Of a stretch of DNA of 64,000 nt, positions 57,404 through 64,000 are shown piece after piece. The stretch lies in sequence record MT133560.1; one strand, written 5' to 3'. Each line of letters begins with the position of its first letter. Positions within the stretch are counted from its first letter, which is position 1. A model generated the notes under the pieces. It was given only the letters and a program-made list of their open reading frames with translations. It did not search any database and had not been told where the DNA came from. A program made the position numbers and the translations under genes.

Positions 57404-57459
57404 CCCTCTCCCAAAGGAGAGGGCTTTTACATTAAATTTTTTTTGAAATCTATATTACA
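57404..57459 (+). promoter_or_regulatory. Terminator plus early promoter cassette
   Basis: ccctctcc-caaa-ggagaggg; TATATTAC 57451-57458. Confidence 0.85.
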
Positions 57460-57497
57460 CTAATACAACATTAAACTATTAAATAGGTAATTAAAAA

Positions 57498-57872
57498 ATG
57501 AATGAAAATATTAAACGCTCATTTATTGGTATGCCACTGTCTATCAATATTGGTAAAGATATTGATTTATCAATGTATGAACGAATTGTATTTGTATCAC
57601 AAGTAGATAAAAATGATATAAAATACTTTGTTTATAAATTAAATAAATCCAAATTTAAACATGAACCAAATGTAGTTAATTACGCCGAAACAGATAAGGA
57701 TATTATTATTTATCCCCCGCTTGATTTCATTCAGACAATTAATGAATATTATCGAGTATCATTGGAAAATGAATTTATGTGTCATCCTGTTATTCTAAAA
57801 GCAGATGATAGTAATAATCAAGAAGTATTTTTGAAAACTATTAAAATGGTACATGAGTATGTCGATGAATAA
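57498..57872 (+). CDS. Hypothetical protein
   Basis: 124 aa. Confidence 0.75.
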   Translation: MNENIKRSFIGMPLSINIGKDIDLSMYERIVFVSQVDKNDIKYFVYKLNKSKFKHEPNVVNYAETDKDIIIYPPLDFIQTINEYYRVSLENEFMCHPVILKADDSNNQEVFLKTIKMVHEYVDE

Positions 57873-58320
57873 CTGCGCATTTATTAATTTAAGGCAACGT
57901 TTAGTTAATGATAAACTAACCTATGTGATTCATCCCATAGTGAAGGTTTATGATTTCACTAGAAAGGCTATTAGACAATTAACTGATTTTGCTATTTTAG
58001 ATAGTTATAACTTCCCAGAGGAAACTTCCAATATTAGTGTTCAGCCAACTATCACAGATGATACTAATAATAGAAATTCTTTGATACATCTTGGGGTTAT
58101 AGAAGAGCCTGATTTTGGACCAACTAGATTATACGCCATCTTAGATAGAGAAATCAAAGATGATTCTAATCTAATTGAAACAACTGATGATGGCTGGTAT
58201 ACATTGGATGAGTTAATTCTAGTTGAAGACGATATGGATGAATTCGCGCGACTTATTGTTCAGTACTTGCGAACTATTCCGAGGAAGCCACAATGGTTAA
58301 CTTCGACAAAAGATGTTTAG
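57853..58320 (+). CDS. Hypothetical protein
   Basis: 155 aa (start may be slightly downstream). Confidence 0.7.
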   Translation: MSMSMNNCAFINLRQRLVNDKLTYVIHPIVKVYDFTRKAIRQLTDFAILDSYNFPEETSNISVQPTITDDTNNRNSLIHLGVIEEPDFGPTRLYAILDREIKDDSNLIETTDDGWYTLDELILVEDDMDEFARLIVQYLRTIPRKPQWLTSTKDV

Positions 58321-58523
58321 AAATAGAGCCTAATCAGTTAGGTTATGTATTTACAAAGATCGGTTGGGAAATATGTGTTACTATTGGCATACGACATATA
58401 TGTGCTAAAACCTATTATACAGTGTATTCACTTAATGATAAATGCATTTATTACATTGAGCATTCAGCGCAATTTACTAAACGCATAAAACCAAACTATA
58501 TACAAAGGTTTCATGTTCTATGA
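58293..58523 (+). CDS. Hypothetical protein
   Basis: 76 aa, GAGGA RBS upstream. Confidence 0.55.
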   Translation: MVNFDKRCLEIEPNQLGYVFTKIGWEICVTIGIRHICAKTYYTVYSLNDKCIYYIEHSAQFTKRIKPNYIQRFHVL

Positions 58524-59206
58524 TCAATACAACCGATAAAACTATAGTTGGTATAGGATTTGAAACAAAGGTTTCAGATTCACCGATTGAACAACCTGTA
58601 AAGAAAACTAAGACTCCTAAGATAAATAAACAAAAAGAATGGGAGAAAGTAGATGATCCGAGAGAATATACAAAAGAGGAACAAACTTCTCTCTTTGTAA
58701 ATTGGCTTCAAAGCACACGTAATTACTGGCATAAACAGTATACCGATACTCAAAATACAGATAAGGCACTATCTATCAGAGATATGCTTGATGGATTTAT
58801 ATATAGCATCGCAGCTGGCCTAGATGGCAATGATCCAAATATACCCGGATTCAAACTTATACCTAATGTTACTCAAGAGGATATTGACTACCTAATAAGT
58901 ATTGGTGAGAATTATTGGCCAGTAAACCCAGTTGAAAATTTAAAAGATAATATCCGTGCAAAGTGTGATGCAGTTGATATTTCTGGTAATCTACGTTATC
59001 AAGTTTCTAAGACATTTACGGAACCTTTCAAAGGACCACATGCACTATTGAACCATTTCCTTAGTTTAGCAGGTGAGAAACCTGTTAAGTATTACTCGGG
59101 TAATTTTACGCAAGAGCAACTTGCTATGTTAGTAGAAAAAGCTAAAGAAAAAGCGGAAAAGATACAATCACAAATAGCTGATGATATCAGTCGAATAATG
59201 CGTTAA
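58520..59206 (+). CDS. Hypothetical protein (paralog of the next gene)
   Basis: 228 aa. Confidence 0.8.
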   Translation: MINTTDKTIVGIGFETKVSDSPIEQPVKKTKTPKINKQKEWEKVDDPREYTKEEQTSLFVNWLQSTRNYWHKQYTDTQNTDKALSIRDMLDGFIYSIAAGLDGNDPNIPGFKLIPNVTQEDIDYLISIGENYWPVNPVENLKDNIRAKCDAVDISGNLRYQVSKTFTEPFKGPHALLNHFLSLAGEKPVKYYSGNFTQEQLAMLVEKAKEKAEKIQSQIADDISRIMR

Positions 59207-59250
59207 TGAACTAATAAATTTATAAGCTACTGATAACAAGGTATGTAATT

Positions 59251-59625
59251 ATGATCTATTTTGAAGGCGATGGTAATGTTAAACCTGTAACACAGGAACA
59301 AGTTAAAGAACTATTTATTAGTAGTGTTGTCAATATGCGTGATAATGCTATCAATAACTCTAAACTTGATCAATTTACAGAGCCAGCTGATCGGGACAGG
59401 GCTGTAGCAGATAGTGTCATTACAGGCATGCTAGATATACTAGATGGCAATAATGACGATTGCCCAGCGTTTCATTTAATTCCAGCAGTTGGTGAGGAAG
59501 AATATTTAGCGGCTGTAGAAGCAGGTGCTGATTATATCCCTTATGATGATGGTAGTGATAATTATCAACCATTAGATTTAGCTGGTGAACTACGAGATTA
59601 TTTTATCTTTGTTAATAGGGGTTAG
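59251..59625 (+). CDS. Hypothetical acidic protein (paralog of the previous gene)
   Basis: 124 aa. Confidence 0.8.
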   Translation: MIYFEGDGNVKPVTQEQVKELFISSVVNMRDNAINNSKLDQFTEPADRDRAVADSVITGMLDILDGNNDDCPAFHLIPAVGEEEYLAAVEAGADYIPYDDGSDNYQPLDLAGELRDYFIFVNRG

Positions 59626-59627
59626 TA

Positions 59628-60062
59628 ATGACTGAGGTAGTGATTGCACTTATCCTGTCAGCAATTATTGTTTACTTAATTAATATTTTTAAACAATCGA
59701 AAGTAATTTATACTAATGCCATAAATGATAATGTCTTTGTTGTTACTGGTTGTACTTACATATCAGAAAATAATGAGGACGGTACATTAACAACTTTTTC
59801 ACCTAAATTAAATAATAGGTTAATAATTGATTTAACTAAAGGTCAACCCAATAAAGACTTTTATATTTCAGTATTAGATAACACACTTAAATTCCATCAC
59901 ACTGTTGATGAAATCATCACAGCTAATAAATGGGAAGCTTTATTTAAAATTAGCATAACTAAAGAGGATGTGTGTATCTCAGGAATACCTCTTAAAAATA
60001 AAAGCATGAAATGTAATTTACACTGGGTTATAGCACCAAGTAAAATGGTGAATAAGTTGTAA
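59628..60062 (+). CDS. Membrane-anchored hypothetical protein
   Basis: N-terminal TM helix. Confidence 0.75.
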   Translation: MTEVVIALILSAIIVYLINIFKQSKVIYTNAINDNVFVVTGCTYISENNEDGTLTTFSPKLNNRLIIDLTKGQPNKDFYISVLDNTLKFHHTVDEIITANKWEALFKISITKEDVCISGIPLKNKSMKCNLHWVIAPSKMVNKL

Positions 60063-60075
60063 TAGTTATTATAAT

Positions 60076-60154
60076 GCCCTCCCATTGCGGGAGGGCTTAT
60101 ATTTTATTTTTTTGTATTTAAAGCATTTTAAACAGTATATTACAAATGTGATAT
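60076..60154 (+). promoter_or_regulatory. Terminator plus early promoter cassette
   Basis: gccctccc-attgc-gggagggc; TATATTAC 60136-60143. Confidence 0.8.
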
Positions 60155-60186
60155 TACTATCTAAATTGCAAATAGGTAAATCAATT

Positions 60187-60546
60187 ATGTTGGACTATGC
60201 TTTGGAAAAGTGTCGTGAAATCCCTTATGTAAAACATCGTCAACGTGTTTATTCAGTCATTACTGATAAACGTGGTAGGATCATTAGTGAAAGCCAAAAT
60301 ATGTATGGTAAAACACATCCTGCTCAGAAACGTTATTCTCTAAAAGCAGGATTGTCCGATCTACGTTGTGAGATGCATAGTGAGTTGCGTTCTATCATCC
60401 TCTCCAAGGGAAAAGGATATAGGATCTATGTTGCGCGAGTCGGTTCTGATGGTAGGCCATTAGATGCATATCCGTGTCCCACTTGTCAAATGGCAATTAA
60501 TGACCATGGTAAATTAAAAGAGGTAATTGTATCTATTGGTAAATAA
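60187..60546 (+). CDS. Cytidine/dCMP deaminase-fold Zn protein
   Basis: MHSEL...AYPCPTCQMAI (HxE/PCxxC); AGGT RBS before ATG 60187. Confidence 0.75.
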   Translation: MLDYALEKCREIPYVKHRQRVYSVITDKRGRIISESQNMYGKTHPAQKRYSLKAGLSDLRCEMHSELRSIILSKGKGYRIYVARVGSDGRPLDAYPCPTCQMAINDHGKLKEVIVSIGK

Positions 60547-60591
60547 TAACACTATAGTTAATTTCCTTATTTATTTAAAAAGGAAAATATA

Positions 60592-61122
60592 ATGCCTAAT
60601 GATTATTTAAATAATAAACCATCCAAATATCTTAAGAGGATTCATCTTACAGCAAATGGTACATTGGCTACAACTGTAGAAACATGTCTAGAATATCAAC
60701 CAGTTAGTGATATCCACAAGTTCTATCCTTACTTCAATTTTACACCAGCGGAACTTTGGGATAAATTTTCTGAATCTAGTTTTAATGTACTAACTATTTT
60801 TGGTAAACCAGATACCGGTGAGTCAATCTTCGCTAGAGAAATGTTGAATCATCGAGGCTGGGATGATAAAATTTATTTAGCTGATCGGTCCGATATTTTA
60901 GAACATCCTGAATTCGCTGACCTCATTAGAGGTTTTCCAAATGGATCTGTTATTATTGCCGAAGATGTTGATAAAGTAGTGCGTGCACGTACAGGTGGTA
61001 ATGGGGTTATGTCAGCTATCATTAATGCTAGTGAAGAAATTACCAAACGTAATATTAAATTAGTCATCACTACCAGCTTACCAACACTTAAGGATACTGA
61101 TGTAGGCATTTTGATGTTCTAG
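60592..61122 (+). pseudogene. Truncated, Walker-A-degenerate paralog of the AAA+ ATPase at 29184
   Basis: YP.F..TPAELW.KFSES..NVL.I.GKPDTGES..IYLAD..D.L.H; frameshifted tail RHFDVLEFN matches RAFDILTFK. Confidence 0.65.
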
Positions 61123-61142
61123 AATTTAATTAGGATCAAACT

Positions 61143-61565
61143 ATGAAAAATACACACTTAGTTGAAGTAGCAACACATGCTTATTGTCTGGTTGGTGGAC
61201 TTCCTAAACCAGAAGAAATGGATGAGGCTGAAAAAGAGTATTGGGCATCTGTACCAAGTGAGGATATTAAATTAGCTTCATATTGGAAAATGGTCCAACC
61301 ACCACTATATGACCTAGTGATGAAATATAGTGGAATTGATTACGAAAGATTTTATCCTTATCCTGGTGGTCCTTCTCTTAACACTGGCGAACTTGAAACA
61401 TTCAGGCTTCCAGGTGCAGATGAAGGGGCTCTGGTTTGGCGTGATGTCTGTATTACGTGGTATAAAAGACCAGGTCGATGTATGTGTATTTCTCGTAATC
61501 TGACTGATGATGAACTCGTACAACTTGAACAGGAACTCATCAAAGCCATCGCAAAACCGGAATAA
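61143..61565 (+). CDS. Hypothetical protein
   Basis: 140 aa. Confidence 0.8.
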   Translation: MKNTHLVEVATHAYCLVGGLPKPEEMDEAEKEYWASVPSEDIKLASYWKMVQPPLYDLVMKYSGIDYERFYPYPGGPSLNTGELETFRLPGADEGALVWRDVCITWYKRPGRCMCISRNLTDDELVQLEQELIKAIAKPE

Positions 61566-61618
61566 CTTATAAAAGAAGTTTAACAGATTTTTTTAATCCA
61601 ACTAAAAGGAAATTGTAA

Positions 61619-61852
61619 ATGCAACATGTAACTGTAAAGACTATGAACTCTGGACTGAAAGTCATTGATTTGGATGGTATCCGACTCAAAGAAAAAAATA
61701 TTATCCAGCTACGTTCTATTATGAATCACGATGCAGCAAAGCAATCATCAGCTTTTATGCATCACGATAGCCAGTTCAATAATGTACGTATTGAATTTTG
61801 GCGCGAACCATCAGCGCGAATTATCTCGCTGATTAAAGATGCGGTCGCATGA
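61619..61852 (+). CDS. Hypothetical protein
   Basis: 77 aa, AAGGA RBS. Confidence 0.75.
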   Translation: MQHVTVKTMNSGLKVIDLDGIRLKEKNIIQLRSIMNHDAAKQSSAFMHHDSQFNNVRIEFWREPSARIISLIKDAVA

Positions 61853-61879
61853 CCGCTTTCTTTTAAGAAGGTAACTAAT

Positions 61880-62158
61880 ATGTCTATCTCTGATGTAGTA
61901 TTTGAAGCCGCTGTCAAAAGTGGTGTTAGTCTTGAACACCTTGGTAAAGAAGAGCCTATTCTAAAAATTCGCTCTGTTAAAGAAAGTGATGGATGGGATA
62001 TCATCCTCTATTATCCTGGTAAGATTACCAAGACTGTGAAACTACTATCAAGCGATGTAGCTGGGTCAGATGCATCAAAGTTTATTGAACATGTATTTGG
62101 AGATGTTCAATTTGCTAAAGAAGCAGTACGCAATGCTGAAGGCATTGTAATAAAATAA
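61880..62158 (+). CDS. Hypothetical protein
   Basis: 92 aa. Confidence 0.75.
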   Translation: MSISDVVFEAAVKSGVSLEHLGKEEPILKIRSVKESDGWDIILYYPGKITKTVKLLSSDVAGSDASKFIEHVFGDVQFAKEAVRNAEGIVIK

Positions 62159-62182
62159 TCAATCTGGAAAAAGGAAATATAA

Positions 62183-62602
62183 ATGTATCTTGATGAAAAG
62201 TATTGGGCTTATTCTGTAAAAGCTATGGATAACAAACATCCAGTTTTGATGAATGTACATGGTCTTCATTGGTATTCACCGTCTTTGGTTAATTGGAGCC
62301 TAACTGCTGTCAAACGGGATGGGACACTTTCATCAAAAGAAGTGTTTGATATCACTAGCAAATATGTCAGCCATCTCATTGATAATGAAGTTAAAATCGT
62401 TAATGATCAGTTGGTCTACCTGATCAAAAATAATCTGATTAGTGGTATCACTGAGCTTGATGATGGTTTCTTTGTATTTGCAAATATTGATGGCGAGTCA
62501 TGGTCCATGCATGTTGTAATTGAATGCTTGATGGAACATGAAGAAGATTGGGAAAAACTCGCTGCCGTTAAATGCAATGAGTTGGCCATTTCTGCATTCT
62601 AA
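62183..62602 (+). CDS. Hypothetical protein
   Basis: 139 aa, AAGGA RBS. Confidence 0.8.
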   Translation: MYLDEKYWAYSVKAMDNKHPVLMNVHGLHWYSPSLVNWSLTAVKRDGTLSSKEVFDITSKYVSHLIDNEVKIVNDQLVYLIKNNLISGITELDDGFFVFANIDGESWSMHVVIECLMEHEEDWEKLAAVKCNELAISAF

Positions 62603-62680
62603 TTAATTATGAAAATGGGGGTCTAAAGACCCCCTATCTATTTAATAGAATGAAACTAATCTTAATAATGGTGAATACTA

Positions 62681-62977
62681 ATGAATAAATATTACCATTT
62701 GAAGAAACAGAAGGATGCTACATGGACAATTGAATTTCTAGGAAAGATGCGTAATTTTAAATTCAACCATGTAACTAAACAGAATAATAGCTGGGTTAGC
62801 ATGGGTATTGAAGGTTATCCAGCACTTAAATTTAACTGTGATGGATTTGGTAGATTAGAAAGTATTCAACCCATTGATGATGATTTAACCATCGATGAAA
62901 TATTTATTCCACGTAAACATTCTGTTTCACAGTGTATCGATATAACAACACTTTACATAGGTGGTCAATGTGACTGA
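62681..62977 (+). CDS. Hypothetical protein
   Basis: 98 aa. Confidence 0.7.
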   Translation: MNKYYHLKKQKDATWTIEFLGKMRNFKFNHVTKQNNSWVSMGIEGYPALKFNCDGFGRLESIQPIDDDLTIDEIFIPRKHSVSQCIDITTLYIGGQCD

Positions 62978-63407
62978 GATAATATTAGTTATTTTATCAT
63001 TGTTTGTTCTTTCAGTCATAACCGGCTATTGTATAACCCGGTTAGAGAAAACCGAAGATATAGCCTATTATGTTAAATCAATTACGTATTACTTAGGTGA
63101 ATCCGGTGATACATTTTTTAATAGTGAACCCAAAGTAATACAGCTGGATAACCCTGTAAAACTAGTTTTCACTAATGAACCAGTTCAAATAAAAACACTT
63201 TATTTAGACCTAGATAAGAAAGAATTATATCTTAATCATCCCGAACATGCTTGTATTGTAATGCGTGTTATTTTCTTTTTAAATTATCATAACCAGAAAA
63301 AACTCATCGGTTATTCAGATGAGTACTATCATGACAATGAGTATGTTGATAGTGAGTTTGATATGGTCATAAAGAAAATTAGTGTAGAATGCTATAAAGG
63401 TTTATAA
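62961..63407 (+). CDS. Membrane-anchored hypothetical protein
   Basis: N-terminal TM helix. Confidence 0.75.
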   Translation: MVNVTEIILVILSLFVLSVITGYCITRLEKTEDIAYYVKSITYYLGESGDTFFNSEPKVIQLDNPVKLVFTNEPVQIKTLYLDLDKKELYLNHPEHACIVMRVIFFLNYHNQKKLIGYSDEYYHDNEYVDSEFDMVIKKISVECYKGL

Positions 63408-63443
63408 TGGTCAATTTTATAGACCATCAATCAGGAGTTAATA

Positions 63444-63875
63444 ATGAGTGTTCTACAACAGCTAGGAAGTTTCCCAGTATATAAGAAAACTAATGGTGAA
63501 ACTCGATTTCTATTAGACCATGATGTTGCTATCAGCATGGTTACAACTGAGCAAGGTAGTTTTATGACTGCCCCACTAAAAACAGATGGGGTAGAGTTCA
63601 ATCTATCTGAAGTCTTTGGTGATTATAAAAAATTCGATAATGTGATTGTAGATAAACTCTACTATCGTGATTTATCTGGTAAAATGCAGTCTAAAAAAGT
63701 ACCAACTATCCCACAGCTTTATAAAGACATGACTGTATTTAAAAGTGGGTATACCACTAAAATAAATAACCTTCGCTGGGGTTATTGTGTAACTATTAAA
63801 AATGATGGTACAGCTAAAATTTGGACAGATTCTAATAGTCCTATTTGTGGTGTGTCAATTCGTTTCACAATGTAA
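63444..63875 (+). CDS. Hypothetical protein
   Basis: 143 aa, AGGAG RBS. Confidence 0.8.
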   Translation: MSVLQQLGSFPVYKKTNGETRFLLDHDVAISMVTTEQGSFMTAPLKTDGVEFNLSEVFGDYKKFDNVIVDKLYYRDLSGKMQSKKVPTIPQLYKDMTVFKSGYTTKINNLRWGYCVTIKNDGTAKIWTDSNSPICGVSIRFTM

Positions 63876-63885
63876 CGCCATAATG

Positions 63886-63907
63886 GCCTCCCTTCGGGGA
63901 GGCTTTT
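63886..63907 (+). terminator. UUCG terminator
   Basis: gcctccc-ttcg-gggaggc-tttt. Confidence 0.85.
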
Positions 63908-63937
63908 ATATCCCTTTATATAAACAGGTATATTCAA

Positions 63938-64000
63938 ATGAAAATGAATAATAAGGTAATTGACTCGGCGTCGTATATGTTGGCTAATACCGATAAGTTC
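63938..64000 (+). CDS. Partial CDS running off the window end
   Basis: AGGT RBS, MKMNNKVIDSASYMLANTDKF. Confidence 0.5.
   Translation, partial: MKMNNKVIDSASYMLANTDKF

Noticed and set aside
60085-60186. Track start of the deaminase ORF
   Set aside because: The extension runs through a terminator and early promoter; the RBS supports ATG 60187.
12564-63907. CRISPR array from recurring gcctcccttcggggaggc repeats
   Set aside because: Copies are kilobases apart, sit at gene ends and have UUCG hairpin/U-tract terminator features; there are no regular spacers and no cas genes.

Overview
AT-rich (roughly one-third GC) 64 kb segment of a nucleus-forming jumbo phage very close to Pseudomonas phage phiKZ, recognised from memory by gene content, order and protein lengths and not by database search. 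The left end carries virion RNA polymerase beta (partial) and beta' genes, the 2237-aa tail lytic transglycosylase (gp181-like) and a 664-aa tail protein (gp182-like). The rest is a long, mostly plus-strand accessory/early region of more than 100 small ORFs, punctuated by GC-rich hairpin terminators and TATATTAC early promoters. It includes tmk, dcd, thyA, an SF2 helicase cassette on the minus strand, a Tad1-like immune-signal sponge, an SspB-like ClpXP adaptor, a small alarmone (HD) hydrolase, SLOG, AAA+, DEDD exonuclease and Zn-deaminase genes, a family of exported two-Cys proteins and several disrupted genes. The most striking observation is a GC-rich, ORF-free, highly structured island of about 165 nt (26230-26395). 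Its plus strand is complementary, in two segments, to the 3' end of host 16S rRNA (anti-Shine-Dalgarno, helix 45 and the h44/h45 junction), making it a candidate ribosome-targeting or rRNA-mimic phage RNA.
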